DNA of 64,000 nt, taken from the NCBI RefSeq assembly GCF_009914755.1, contig NC_060932.1; one strand, 5' to 3'. A program made the translations under genes and the position numbers. Each line of letters opens with the position of its first letter. The first letter of the stretch is position 1. This DNA comes from the human T2T-CHM13v2.0 reference genome, Homo sapiens. The notes beneath the pieces are model-generated. The model made no database searches and was not told the origin of the DNA. It was given only the letters and a program-made list of their open reading frames with translations. Shown here piece by piece: positions 1-13,879 of the stretch.

Positions 1-814
1 CTTCCAATCAGTGCTACGGAGCATGGCTAGACGAAATTGGTGAAAATGAACTTCCAATTATGCTATCCCCTACAAGCACTTCTTATGGATCTTAGGATTA
101 AAACTCACATTCTGAGCTGGATAGCAAGCAGCAAATGGTGTGATCCTGCTTTGAGGTTCTCACCACTACACCTCTGCCTAAGGCTGGGAGCAAGGATTTC
201 CAGAGTCCTCTTCCCTTCATGGTCCTGGGTTAAACATTGCCAATGACAGGATCTGATTTGAGATTCTCAAGTGGTCATGGGGTTCAGACATGGGGTTGTC
301 GTACACTCAGAAGTTTCATGGACCTTTCTGGAAACTCCTACTCTGTGGTTGAAGTGGGCTTTACAGTCTTCCCTTTAAGTTCATCTTCCCATTCACCCTC
401 CCAGACTCCAGGCCGAAGCTGCTGGCAACTGTTTCTCAGATTTCTTAGCCACGTCTTTCTAGACTTGCACTTGTCTGCCTCTTCTCATATCCCTGAAAGT
501 TCTACTTCCTATATGAAATCCTCACCTGCTTACCTCTCCTGCTCATTCTCTGATTCATTAATTTTGCTTTTCAGTTTGCTTCCCTTATTCCCATGTAGGC
601 ATTCTTTCACCAAATTAGCTTAACTTTTCTGTCTAAGTTGGAAGGTAGACCTCACTTTTTCATAGGATTCTTCCTTGAAACCTAGATTAGGTCTAGTCCC
701 CCAGTTATGTGTCCTCCTACCTTTATTTAGGATAAAGGTAGAACAACACATATCCTTTATTTGGGATCCCTTATTTAGGATATGATTCTCTTAAAGAGTG
801 TCTTCTGTGCAGGA

Positions 815-926
815 CCTTAAGCTCCATCAGAGCGGGGACTGAGTCTGTTTTTCTCAGGATCTGGTTCAGTGCTTGACACATAGTAGGCCCTCGATTCACA
901 TTTGTTGAGTGAATGAAGGAATGAAC
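815..926 (+). mobile_element. L2 LINE 3' end fragment
   Basis: Matches the typical L2 tail: aagctccat..gggact..cagtgcttgacacatagtaggccctc..atttgttgagtgaatgaa. Confidence 0.7.
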
Positions 927-2054
927 ATGCTGGGCTTTTATAAATCTACCCCGTGGGTCTGCCTGAATAGATATAAAGCAGTCAGATGGATGTGATATGG
1001 ACCTTGTCCTTCTTGATCTGACTTGTTTATCCAGGGACTCTCTTTCTCAATGATATATTTTCTCTTTAGCTCATTTCAGTTTGGGAGATCTATGTGATAA
1101 CTTCAGCACCCTATTTTTAAACATATTCATGGTAATGAACACTTCTGATGGAGATGATTTAATTTTTTAAAATTTTGCCCTTTACTTGAAAAGCCTGAAG
1201 ACATAAGCTCAGTAAAATATAATGAAAAGATCTGAAGTTCTCAACAGTGAAAATTAATAAAATATCAAGCAGCACATAGATGGTGGTCTCATCTTGCCCT
1301 ACACGGACACATGCTTGTCCTCTGCTCAGGGACTTCCTCTTCCTAAGCGGTACTCTGTGTGTGGACTTTACCCATTTCATGACTGTGATGGATAACACTT
1401 CACACTTTAATGTCATATAGCACACATTATAACACCTGATCTTTTCGTAACTGACATTCTTTTCTCCACTATCTCCAAATAGAATTTTAATGGTTAATGT
1501 AACCTATTGGATGGTTCTCAGGAAAATTTTAGCCAAGCATTTTTGCCTAATGACCTGAGCTATTGCTGTCACTTTCCACATCTTCTTGGTCTGGAAAGCC
1601 AGGCTTTCAGTGAGTGCTGAGCTATGGCATGGACATGTTGATAAATGCCAGGGTAGGAGACTGATGAATAAAGGAATGAGGCTGATGGCAGGGCATGGCT
1701 GGAAGCCAGAGAATGTCATCTCCCCTTCAAGGTAGGGGGCCCGAAGTAGAGGGAACAGATCAAGATGAATGACCACCCGAGTAGTTCTTAGACTTCTTTT
1801 TCCTTTTCCTATAGACTTTCTCTTCTTCCCCAATTTCCCAGTCTCATTTAATGTAAGGTACATATCATAACACACAACACTGAATAATCATGAATTTATC
1901 TCTTTCTCTTCAAAGTCCTTGAAAAATAGCGAATGTGCCCCCAACAACTAGACATTTCAAACTGATGACCTTTTTCTTTCTGTCCTTCCTATGATTTTGT
2001 ACCCCTCTGAAGGGCAGTAACTTTACAATCAATCCACTTTGATTGATTGATTTT

Positions 2055-2175
2055 AATTTTTTTATCATGAATTTTTTGCACTAATTTTGTTTTTTAAATA
2101 TTGCATTAAAATATTTATCTTGACTACTGAGTTTTTGGCACCCCTTAGATTTCACTCTTGAGATGACTGCCTCAT
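2055..2175. mobile_element. Probable hAT-type DNA transposon (MER) remnant
   Basis: aatattgcattaaaatatttatcttgactactgagtttttggcacccctt resembles a recurrent MER-type repeat; family not assigned. Confidence 0.4.
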
Positions 2176-4199
2176 TTTAGTGCCAGCCATGCTAGCGTGG
2201 CAGGCAAGAATGTCCTTAGATGTGGATGGTCATGAAGCTGTCTATGGCATCCCAGTTACACATAATGATTTTCTTTCAAATTTAGAAACCTGGCTATTTT
2301 ATGATATAACAAATTATTAGATATTGTTGTGATGCTGTTTGTTTTATCCAGCTTGACGTAATCATTTAATAGTAATCTTCAGAAATAGGGAACTGTTCAT
2401 ATTTCTCACGTGAATTTTAGACTTTTGGAAAAAATGCTGTGGCAAAGGGAATTGGGCTCATTTTTATGCTCATTTGTATTTAGGCAATCTGTGAATCTCA
2501 CCACATAGCTCGGCAGTTAGGCAAAGCAGGTACATATGGGCTGCTTAGACTGTATCAAGTGAAGCCTTTTATTTTCTGGGGTTCATTTCTGTTGTTTTCA
2601 GAAAGGAGCCTCCTGATGGCTCTGGGACCACTATGTCCAGCCTGTGGTGCTGTCCCACTGAAGTCAACAGCTCTGATTCAAAAGAAAATTAGCTGCAGGC
2701 ATGCACAGACATGAAATGCAGCAAAGACTTAAACTGACACCAACTACATTGTGAATGGGGGAAAATGTTAGGGCCTATTTAAAGGCCAAAGCCTTTCACC
2801 AGGGACAGAAATGGCCAGAGAAAAGATGTGAAATCACTGTTAAAATTATTTTGTCCTCCTAGGAAACATTCAAATCAGTTGACAAAGAATGGCTGATGCT
2901 GAAATGACTTGCTGTCTCGGTGTGGAGTGGAAACAATCCTGCTAAATTTCATATTGCAGTGACACCAAAGCAAAGGACAGATCTCAAGACAACTTTTATT
3001 GAAATGGAAAACAGTAATTTTAACTAAAGAATAAGAGAAATGCCAACAGAAATAAAAGACCCAGAAATCAGAGGACAATGTGCGAAACTCTATATACTGA
3101 GACACACAAATTGAAACAACCCAAATAAATGCCAAATGCACAAGAAAATAAATGTAACTTATCAGAGGTTAATGCCTTTTATGTTTTGTTCATACGGCAA
3201 CTTGTTCTGTGGTTAAATAAAAAGGATTGGGGACCAGACAGGGCATGAGGCTTTTCTAATCCACATTGAGCCACTGACTCAATGTGACCTCAAGCAACTC
3301 TCTAGAGTGTGTTGGCCTCACTCAATCATATGTATATATAATATGTACTTGTACTCAGATAATAAAAAAGAGGGGAGTTAGTAGGCTTGTGAAATCTGCC
3401 ATTATTTTTGGAGACCAATTATCACTTCTGGTAATTGCAGAGAAAGGGAACTAAGAAGTGTTCAGATCTACAAGGGAGTAGATGTTCTCTTTTGGCTTTT
3501 GTTAGGACAGACAGTTCTTACAGAACAGAGTGTTTACTGTGTGCATATTTCTGGCAAGGGTTTTGGAGGATTAACTAGCCTGCTGATAGGAGAACAAACA
3601 GTTTAATCCTGCTGGAGCCCCTGCTATGGGTTGGGCTGTGCTCAAAACAGCAGGGAAGCCAGACTCCTCCCTCTTTTCTGTTTTAGTGCAACACATCCTG
3701 TACTCCATTGGCTTTCTAGATGTGTGGAATGGTTATTTTAGGGGACAGAGGACCTTTCACAGTATCCACCAAATCACAACAGAAGAGCGTGGTTACTTTG
3801 CTCAAGTATAAAGTCTGCCAAATTAGGGATTGCAGGGCCACAAAGACAATGTGCCTTCAGTCAATGGGCTCCAGCTTTGGTAAAGGGCTTGCAATTCCAC
3901 AGTCTAGGCCTGTGGCACTCCCTTTGTCTGGTAAGTCTCCCCCAAAACTCCCTGAGACTGGCTAAGAGCCAATGTGCCTGCACCTGCTCCCAGGGCACAC
4001 TGAGCTCCTTTGCACAGTAGCACTTCCTTCCCTTCCATGACTTGAGAAAAGCCCTCATTGCAACTCATGCCCACTGCTCTGCACCCCAGTTTCTCACTCC
4101 CTTTCCTTTCTCCATTGTGCTCTAAAGCCGAGTCAAACTGATCTCTGGTTTATCATCTCATACACTCTTTGTTTATATACATTATCTCTGGATGCTCTT

Positions 4200-4625
4200 T
4201 GTGGTGGGTAGAATTATTGAGCCCATTCTGCACCACTCCCTAGCCCCCACTCCTGTATCTGTACCTTTTGCTATATAAATACACTTGCACTAAAGGTAGA
4301 ATGTAGCTCCTGTCCCTTGGCCCCTTGAATTTGGCCTTGGTCATGTGACTTGCCTTGACCAGTGGCATATGGGCAGGAATGATAGTGTGCTGGTTCCATG
4401 TGAGTTCTAAGTCTTTCATGTTTCCATTTGTCCTTTTGTGCTTCTGCCATTGCCACGAGGAGAGCTTCTGCCATATGAGGGCTGCCTCTTTAGCCCAGAC
4501 CACAGAATGAGATCATGTAGCGAGAGCCACTCCAGTCGAAGCGTAGACCTTCAGCAAGGGGCCCTCAGCCTCCATCGCCTGAGGCAGAGCTGCCCCTGCT
4601 GACCTGCAGATGCACAAGAAACAAG
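4200..4625 (+). mobile_element. MLT1-type (MaLR) solo LTR, old subfamily (H/I/J-like)
   Basis: Starts tgtggtgg; contains ttggccttggtcatgtgacttgccttgaccagtgg, cttctgccattgccacgag and cagagctgcccc..gacctgcagat, all MLT1 hallmarks. Confidence 0.7.
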
Positions 4626-4665
4626 GGCTCTACCACTTCCTGAGGAATTCCTCCTTGTCCTTTAG

Positions 4666-5306
4666 ATTAGTTCAACAATTGTGGAAGACAGACAGTGTGA
4701 CAATTCCTCAAAGATCTAGAACCAGAAATACCATTTGACCCAGCAATTCCATTACTAGGTGTATACCCAAAGGAATAGAAATCATTATATTACAAAGATA
4801 CATGCATGCAAATGCTCATTGCAGCACTATTTACAATAGCAAAGACAGGGAATCAACCCAAATGCCCATCAATGATAGACTGGATAAAGAAAATGTGGTA
4901 CATGTACACCATGAGATACTGTGCAGGCATAAAAAGGAATGCAATTATGTCCTTTGCAGGGACATCAATGTAGCTGGAAGCCATTATGCTCAGCAAACTA
5001 ATGCAGGAACAGAAAACCAAACACCACGTGTTCTCACTTATAAGTGGGAGCTGAACAGTGAGAGCACATGGACACAGGGAGGGCAACAACTCACACTGGG
5101 GCCTGTTGGGGGTGGGGGTGGGGGTGGAGGGAGGGAGAGCATTAGGAAAAAGAGCTAATGCTAATGCATGCTGGGCTTAATACCTAGGTGATGGGTTGAT
5201 AGGTGCAGCAAACCACCATGGCACATGTTTACCTATGTAATAAACCTTCACATTCTGCAAATTTACCCCAGAACTTAAAAATTACAGGAAATAAATTTAA
5301 AAAAAA
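4666..5306 (+). mobile_element. 5'-truncated L1PA 3' end (older L1PA, about PA13-like)
   Basis: ORF2 C-terminal DNA (gaaataccatttgacccagcaattccattact, atagactggataaagaaaatgtggtac), G-rich 3' UTR (5098-5135) and A-rich tail. Confidence 0.93.
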
Positions 5307-5469
5307 GGAACTCAGCAAAGAGAACTTCTTTCAGGATGAGTCTACTGACATGCTACACTTTGGCCTTTCTTCCCATATGCTCCTGTAACTTGGGGTGAGG
5401 TTTAAAAACTCTGCCACAGTGCCTCCATCCTTATTAAATCTAAGATGGCAGTGTGTAAACCTTCCTCAA

Positions 5470-5720
5470 GATATCCTCACATTCCACACTCAATCACTAG
5501 TTGAGTCCTATGTCTCTCCAAGGCCATGGAATGGCTGCAGTAGCCTCCTGTCTGGCTTCTCTGCTCCTGCTTCCCATACTTCTCTACAGTGCTCTTCACA
5601 GAGTAGCCAAAGTCACCATTCTACAACTGAGCCCATTAGAGCATGCCTCCACTTCTGTCTCACCCTCATTTCCCACTCTTTTTTAGCTTGCACTCTGCTC
5701 AACTATGATCTCCCTTTATT
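5470..5720 (+). mobile_element. L2 LINE fragment
   Basis: tgcagtagcctcctgtctggcttctctgct..ctcttcacagagtagccaaagt is typical degenerate L2. Confidence 0.55.
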
Positions 5721-7282
5721 TCACTGAGCAAAAATTTACTGGGTCCTGACTTTGTAGTAAGGCACAAATTATAATCCCTATCATGAAAACTCTGCAACTT
5801 CTTACCTTCATGCCCACTAACACAGTTTTTCTTCTAATTATTTCCTATTTACCCTTCAAGTCTCAGACTGGTTGTTCGTCCTGAGTTAAGTATCCTTGTT
5901 ATGTGTTCCATGGGCATTCTATTCATTCTTTACTTCTGTAAGTACATGTATTGCATACTTAATAAGGCACCTTAAAGTGCTGATTTGTTGTAGTACTGCT
6001 GGTCTCTGAAATAATTTCTAATATATAGCTATAGATACATAACCACTGATTCCAGTATGTGGATATATTGTCATGCTCTGAATGCTATTGTTTGCTTTAA
6101 AACAATGAAAACCAGAAAGGCAGACTGCACTGCACTATGGATTCTTGGCTAACGCAATTTAGCACCTCATGCCACATATGCTTTCAGCCAACAAGTGCTC
6201 TGCTGCTGTATCCTGAATAAAGTGTGTTCTGCAATGCAGGCTGTTCATTTTGGCCTGACCTCCCTTTCCACCATTTATTTCATGCCTGGGAAACAGCCTT
6301 GACTTATAACAGTAACAAAAGGTGTGCAGGTGAAATGAAAGTTTTACATTAGTGGGAGGACTTCTCTTTTGACATTTTGCAGATCATGCACCTCAATGCA
6401 GCCTGGGAGCATTGACCAATAACTCTATCAAAGGCAGTTGAAGTTAATATGGGTGAAGCCATGGCATGTCTCCAAATGATTTAAAGAGAGATGCAGAATA
6501 ATTGCCAATGTACCATGCCTGGAATGCATTTCCTTAGGAACTTTACTGAAATGGCACTAAGCAGAAATGATCTGCTTAGTGCTCTCATTTATAGGATCAC
6601 AACCCCCATTTCAGTAGGAATCTGCATTGAATCATCATTTCTTGGTTATGCCTTACTTTCTCCTACAAGTTCAAAAGCTAGGACCTCTCATGGCTCATAT
6701 AAATATTTATGGAATGAAAGACCAGGTAAGTCACATCCCCGATACCTGTGGTGATATTGAGGACCCTTATCTGTCCAGTATCCTCTGGTCATGTCAGTAT
6801 CATTGATCACAAAAAATGGTTATAATTCTGAGTCTTCAATTTCATTGCACCAGGATACAACACAATCATGAATAGATCCTACAAATACACCTTTGGTTCT
6901 AAGTTTACTTTATTCTTAGGATACTACCAAGAGAACCTGAGTCACAGCAACAGTGGCTTCTGCATCAGCACCATTACCTGTTTATTATCTAAAACCTCAG
7001 ATCCCCCATCCATGAATCTCTCTTCCTTTGTGAGGTCCTGTGGGGGCTCACACATCCTGTGGCCCTTACATTTCTCCTCTGAAGCTAGTGTTGAGGTAAT
7101 TGAGTGTGGTGGTTGTGGTAGATCAAATTATTGGTCCCAATTTTTCCATCTTTTCTAATAAAATTATATATTTATGGCCTCATGATGATGGTCTGTCTCT
7201 TGGCTCTGGGCTCAGACATGTGAAGTGCTTTAGCCTATGGGTGTTAGCAAATGTGATATGAAAAGAAAAGAGGGATTTTCCA

Positions 7283-7283
7283 T

Positions 7284-7321
<38 letters not shown>
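7283..7321. repeat. (TG)n microsatellite, 16 pure units
   Basis: Directly visible. Confidence 0.97.
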
Positions 7322-7323
<2 letters not shown>

Positions 7324-7504
7324 AAATTTCCCCCTGCTATAAGAACACCAGTTGTATTAGATCAGGAGCTCAATCTACTCAGTATGACCTCATCTTAACT
7401 GATTCTGCAATGACCCTGTTTCCAAATAAGGTCACATTTTGAGGTACTGGGGGTCAGAACTCCAACATAGGAATTTTGAAGGGAACACAAGTCGACTGTC
7501 AACA
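7318..7504 (-). mobile_element. MLT1A/B/C-type LTR, 5' part
   Basis: tatgacctcatcttaact..tgcaatgaccctgtttccaaataaggtcacattttgaggtactggggg is the reverse complement of the MLT1 5' region. Confidence 0.85.
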
Positions 7505-7754
7505 CTGCATGTTCAAAGTTCCCTGAGAGGAGGTGCATGTGAAGGCAACTTACATTAATAACACATATAGAACTAGAACCCTCACTCTTTGAATATATGG
7601 TCGTTTTCATTGGCCTTTCTTCCTTCTCTTCCCTTTATCCCTCTTTCTTCTCTTCTACTCTCTCCTTTTTTTTTTCTGTTTCTCTCCTCCTCTCTTTTTT
7701 TCCCTCTTCTTCATCATCAATACTCTGTAATTGTATTATGTTTTATTGTTTATA

Positions 7755-7960
7755 TAGCACTATTTCAAAAACTTACATTATATCATTGGCGTCTTCATCA
7801 AAACCCTGTGACTAGGCAGGTGGGTACATTTTCTCCATTTAACATAAAAGAAATCTGAGGTTCCTGCTGGTTAATTGGCTTCTCTAAAGCTACCCTATTA
7901 GAGACTGTCAGAGGAGCCAGATTTCCAACTTCCATTCCAAAGTTCATTCTATTTCACCAC
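7755..7960 (-). mobile_element. MIR SINE
   Basis: catcaaaaccctgtgactaggcagg..ctccatttaacataaaagaaatctgagg..ggagccagattt, the reverse-strand MIR core. Confidence 0.7.
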
Positions 7961-10189
7961 ATTCTTTGATGTGAAAAAGATTTTGCCCATAAGGGACCAG
8001 AGATATTGGAACCCTCAATACCTAGATAGACATCCACAAAGCAAAATGATGTGCTCTCCATTCCGTCCTCCCCATTCCTATAGACAAAGTTTATAGCAAG
8101 TAGTAGGAAGAGATTGTAACAGGAACTTCCAAAGATTTAACCAAAGGGTTAAAAAAAGTGAAAAGACTTTTTAGAGCACAGGTAAGAAATCTTTTCCCAG
8201 TAAATCTGATGATATGCCTGTAATTAAGTCAAATAGGTTAAAGGCTTGTTATGCTAGCATTAACACGTAATTCATCCATTGAATTACAATGAGATTCATG
8301 TAAGGATTACATGTAAAATTCCATGTAATGAGATGTATTCATCATCAAAAGCTTTTTGCCCTTTAAGAAAATGTTACAATAATTATCCCATGAACGTGAA
8401 AAGTCAATAGAGGTGAAAATGCATGTCTTTTTATACCATCATTGTGATTGTATTTATATTGGCAAGGCCTAACCCTGCTGACATTTAACTTTCCAGGGAG
8501 AGAACCCGGGCTGCTCTCTCTCTTCTCATCTCACCCTTTCCTCTTGGGCCAACCAAGAGATGCTCTTTGCCCTCCATCTCATCTCCCCTACGAGAGATAC
8601 AGAAGCAAGAATCTTGTTTCCCAACTTACAAAACAGATAAGTTGGAATGTGATTACTCACTTTGCAAAAGGATTCACTAGAGACTTCCTTTAAAAACTCT
8701 TCCTTTTTTTAATTGCGATGTTTCTTAAAGTGAGGACTCAGTGGTATTTAGAATAAGGCCTTTAAAGATTATTGTGCCTTTAGTGTAAATTCAAATTTGT
8801 GTATACATGTGTATTCTAGATTTATTTGTATAACATATTACAACCCTTTAAGGATGCTTGTATAGAATTCAGTGATTTAAAAGTAGAGTTGAGTTTGGAG
8901 AAAGCTGCAACATAGATAGCCATTTAAAGAGCTGGGCTGTACACATAAAATATTATAATTCAGAAATAGAAGTAAGTTCTTTGCCCATGTGTCCAGAGCT
9001 ATAAAAAGGGTAACTAAATGGCATCAGACAATGATTTTTGTGTCAATTAAAAAGTTTGGCTCTCCTTAGAATATATGTCTATATCTATATATGTTGAATT
9101 TTGAAACATTCAACTTTTGTGTTTTATCCAGGAGAAAATGAAAATATTAAAAGGTGAGTATAGATATGTTAAATTCGTGTTGTCTGAGAGAAGAACATTA
9201 GATATGTTAAATCCAACATGTTAAAGGCCAGACTTAATAACATACAGGGAGATTATTGGTATTTCAACACTAGGTTCTGACTTCTCCAACTTTAGCCACC
9301 ATATGAATAAGGTTAGGTTGGCTAGGACCACTGACATATCCTATGAAAAAACCAGCAGAAGCAGTCGAGGTTATTTTATTTTTCTTATGTTCATAATGGT
9401 TTTAGGCAAGATCTGCCCAGCAAAGTGAAAAATTTCAAGTAATTTTGTGTAAATATACAAAATATTTCCAGCAGGAAAATAGCATTGAGAAAGAATTTGT
9501 CTTTTAAAAAAATGCACACATGGCCTTGTTTAGAACATTCCGTGTGGGATTTAAATTAGTTGTTTCAGCCATAAATTATCTTTTACCTATGACTGCTTAA
9601 GAAGATATCTGTCACTCACAGGCTTTTGCTTTCAGTCATGCTTAATAAAGAAGAGTGTCATCTGGAGTATTAGAATCTAATTTGATATGTGTCTTTAATG
9701 TGTGTGATGTCTTAATTTTGTAAGGGTCAGCAGGTACTTTTTACTGAGACTGCTATTATCCGAAGTAAATTCTCTAGTGTTCTTTCTGTACAGTCTAGTT
9801 TCTTTTATATAAAAGAGATAAGTCTTTATAATACTTTTATTTTCAGTACATGGAAGCTGAGAGAAGATCTTATGTTCATAAGAATCAGAGAAGCCATTGC
9901 CAGAGATCATAAAGTCAGCTCTGAAGACTGAGGACAGTTGGCTGCCACCCTCTGTCTTCACAGAAGTTCCTTGAAGAAACTATAGAGTTAGCAATGTGCC
10001 TATGGCTAAAATAGTAGATCTAGTAGTCACAGATTTTGTGAATGACCATTGGTATTCTTCTCTATTTAGCTGATTTTCTTCTCCAATAGTCTTTATTTTT
10101 ATAGGAGAGAAGGAACGACTTATTTTTTAAAAAGAAATCTTCAGTCCAAACTTTACCTCCTTCTCCATCACAATTTGGTCAATTATTCA

Positions 10190-10965
10190 CTAATTCATCC
10201 ATTCATATCTCATTTATTCATTCAGCGAATATTTAATGTCTTGTGGCCATGCACCAGACATTTTTCTTGGTCCAGTAAAGAATATAAAGAATAAAGATGA
10301 ATCGCAGCCCCAGTTTTTTATTTTGCTTACAATATAATGAGGCAATAAATCAGATGGTTAAATAATCATAATGCAAGGTGAAAATGTGATGAGATTCATA
10401 AGAGTGGTTCATACAAAATAGTGTAGAGTTTTGGAGGGGATGGAAATTTCCATCCAGTTTCCAGGGAATTAGAAAAAGCTTTTTGAAGAACATGGAATGT
10501 GAATTAAGATAGTTGGATTTCTATGAATAGACAGGAAAAGCATATTCCAGTAGACAAATACCAATAACAATGGCATGAAAGATATGAAAATGGATACTAT
10601 CCTTGGGAAATATTGAACAATTCAGCTTGCTTGTGTTGGTAGATGTGAGGAGCCATTAAATGCCCTAAAGAGGTTGCAATTTATTTAGTAGGAAATGGTG
10701 TATCACTGAAAGTTTTAGAACATAATCATGCCATGATCAGAGTAATAGCTAAGGAAGATTTATCTGAATAGAAATGGCATGGTTGGTGACTTGATGTATG
10801 TAGGGTGGGGAGAAGTGTTGAAATGAAAACCTAGAGCTTAAAAGATGCCAACATTTTGAGCCTGGGGCGCTGAGAGGATAAAATCATCATGAACTAAAAT
10901 TGTGAAGTTAGTTAGAAGATGGAACTGGGGCTAAGAGAAAGATGATGAGTTGTTTGAGAATTTGT
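10190..10965 (-). mobile_element. L2 LINE fragment
   Basis: Begins with ttcattcattca..aatatttaat (reverse L2 tail); purine-rich L2 body such as gtaggaaatgg..tcactgaaagttttag. Confidence 0.65.
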
Positions 10966-11224
10966 TAGCTCATTTATTCATTCAGAAACCTCCCCTAAGC
11001 ACCTCTTAGACAGATACCCTTTAAATAATTATTTAAAATGTGTCAGGAAAGGGTATGTAAAAATGGTATTTTTTGCAGCTCTAATGGACTGCTAAAACTT
11101 TTTTAAAAATTGTGTTTAGTAAATTTGGGGAACTTTGTTATAAGATTATGGTCTGCTTTCTCTTTTGGTGTTAAGGTGTTGTTATATTAAGTGACAATGA
11201 TACAACCAGGTATCTTTAACATAT

Positions 11225-12220
11225 TTTTTAATTAAAAATTATTTTTAATTATCATAAGTTCATAACAATTGAATATATTTCTGGGGTACATATCATGTTT
11301 TGATACAGGCCTACAATGTGTAATGATCAAATCTGGGTAATTGGTGTATCTATCCATCCCCTTAAGCATTTATCTTTCTTTGTATTAGGAACATTCTAAT
11401 TCCACTCTTTTAGTTATTTTAAAATATACAATACATTATTAACTATAGTCACCCTATTGTGCTACTGAATACTAGATACTATTCATTCTATCTAACTGTA
11501 TTTTTGTACCCATCAACCGTCCTCACTTTATCCCGTACCTTGATACCCTTCTAAACCTCTGGCGACCATCATTCTACCCTCTATTTCCATGAGTTCAACT
11601 TTTTTAAGCTACCACATATGAGCAAGAACATACGATATTTGTTTTTCTGTGCCTGGCTTATTTCACTTAACATAATGGCCTCCAGTTCCATCCATGTTGT
11701 TGCAAATGACAGGATCTCATTTTTTTTATAGCTGAATAGTGTTCCATTGTGTATATACACCACATTTTCTTTATCCATTCATGCATTGTTGGACACAGGT
11801 TGATTCTATATCTTAGCTATTGTGAATAATGCTACAATAAACATATAAGTGCAGCTATCTCCTTGATATGCTAATTTCCTTGCTTTTGGATATATACTCA
11901 GCAGTGGGATTGTTGGAACATATGGAAGTTTTATATTTAGTTTTTTGAGGAACTTCTACACTGTTCTCTATAGTTCTGTACTAATTCACAAATCCAGAAG
12001 TGTACAAATGTTCTCCTTTCCCCATATCTTCACCAGCACTCGTTATTTCCTGTCTTTTGGATAAGAGCCATTTTAAATGGATTGAGATGGCACCTTATTG
12101 TAGCTTTGATTTGCGGTTCTCTTCTAATTAGTTATGTTGAGCATTTTTTCATGTATCTGTTTGCCATTGTATGTCTTTTTTTGAGAAATGTCTATTCATA
12201 TTATTATTTTTTTGCCCATA
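11225..12220 (-). mobile_element. L1MA-type LINE 3' end
   Basis: ORF 11581-11778 ([28 protein letters not shown]) is the L1 ORF2 C-terminus; 3' UTR has ggggtacat..tacaatgtgtaatgatcaaatc, L1MA-like. Confidence 0.9.
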
Positions 12221-12224
12221 TCTG

Positions 12225-13345
12225 TTGTGAGATAGCAGAGTTCCCAAATAGTCTTCACCCAGCTTCCCCTAATGTTAATAATATCTTACATGGTACATTT
12301 GTCATGGTCTGCATTCCATCTTGGGGTCCCCTGATAATCTGCTTACATTAAAAAAAATTGTGTATAGTAAGATACATTCTTTGTGGCATATATTTCTATG
12401 GATTTTGACAAATGCATGAAGTTATATATTTACCAGTGCAGTACCATACAGGATGTTTCCATGGCCCCCTGAATTCCTTCATGCTATCCCTTTGTAGTCA
12501 ACCCCTCTCCAACACTTAATCCCTGTCTACCACTCATCTGATTTCTATCCCTTTAGATTTGCCTTTTGAAGAATTTCATATGAATGGAATAATTCATTAA
12601 TAGCCTTTTGATTTTGGCATCTTTCACTTCGAAAAATGCATTTAAGATTTATTTATGTTGTTGCATAGATCAATGGTTTGCTTCTTTTTATTTTTGAGTA
12701 GAGAAATAGAGACCATGTGTGGATTTAACACTGTTTATCCATTCTCCCATTAAAGGACATCTGGGTTGTTTCCAGTTTTAGGGGGTTGTGAATAAAGCTG
12801 CTATAAATACTCTCACAGGTTTTTGTGTGAATGTATACTTTCAATTACTTGAGTAAATACGTGTGAGTGACATTGCAGTTTGTGTAATGTTACACATTCT
12901 AATACTAGCTATACTATCATTCTTATAGGCATATAGTGATGATTCGTTGTGGTTTAATTTTGCATTTATCTAATTACCAATGATACTGAGTAACTTTTTA
13001 TAGGCCTTTTTGCCCTCTGCATCTCTTCTTTGGTGAAGTGTATATTTATATCTTTTGCCCATTTAAAAAAATCAGGTTGTTTTCTTATTGTTGAATTTTG
13101 AGAGATTTTTGTATATTCTAGATACAAGTCCTTTGTCAGAGATGTTTTGCAAATATTTTGTCACACTATGTGGCTTTTAAAAAATTTTCTTAAGATTGTC
13201 TTTTAAAGAGAAATCATTTCAACATTTGATAATGTTTTATTTATCATCTTTTCATTTTTTAGCTGGTGTTTTCAATGTTGTATCTCAATATTTTTTGCCT
13301 ATCTCAAGATCACATGGATTTTCCATGTTTTTTTTTCTAGAAGTT
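12225..13345 (-). mobile_element. Older L1M (MC/MD-like) 3' region
   Basis: cacccagcttcccctaatgttaa, ggattttgacaaatgcat, ggacatctgggttgtttccagttt..gaataaagctgctataaa, tattctagatacaagtcctttgtcaga. Confidence 0.85.
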
Positions 13346-13349
13346 TGCA

Positions 13350-13855
13350 AAGGGAATCATTCTCCAAGAAAACATGCCAAATTAAATGTGCATTCACATA
13401 ACAAAAGGGTTTTAAAGTAGCTGAAAGAAAAAATATACCTGAATGGTAAAAGTTTAAAAATCCACAATTATTCTTGGAGATGTTAGCACCCTTTTACAGT
13501 AATTGAAAAAAACAAATAGGTAGAAAATCAGGAAGGACGTGGATAACCCAAGCAGCACTATCAACCTGTTTGTTCTGATACTCATTTCTGGAAGACTATC
13601 GAACAGCAGGAGAATATCTTCTCAAATGGATGTGGAAAATTAATCAAGATAGACTGTATTCTGGATTATAAAATTAAAAATAATTGAAATAATATAAAGT
13701 ATGTTCTTGGACTTACTGGAGTTAAACTGGAAACAATAACAAAAAGTTATTTGAAAATATTCCAATATTTGGAAATTAAACCACATATTTCTAAATAGTG
13801 CATGAAATAAAGAAAAAGTCACCAGGGAAATAAAAAATATTTTTAACTGAAACAA
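13350..13855 (+). mobile_element. L1M ORF2 endonuclease-region fragment, opposite in orientation to its neighbours
   Basis: aaatccacaattattcttggagat..(STIILGD-like), caagatagactgtattctgg, ggaaattaaaccacatatttctaaata. Confidence 0.8.
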
Positions 13856-13879
13856 ATAGGAGATGGAGCAAATAGAAGA

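Noticed and set aside
5098-5135. G-quadruplex-forming G runs
   Set aside because: Standard polypurine tract of the L1PA 3' UTR.
9160-9212. 14-bp direct repeat tagatatgttaaat separated by a short spacer, superficially CRISPR-like
   Set aside because: Only two copies in eukaryotic DNA; a simple local duplication.
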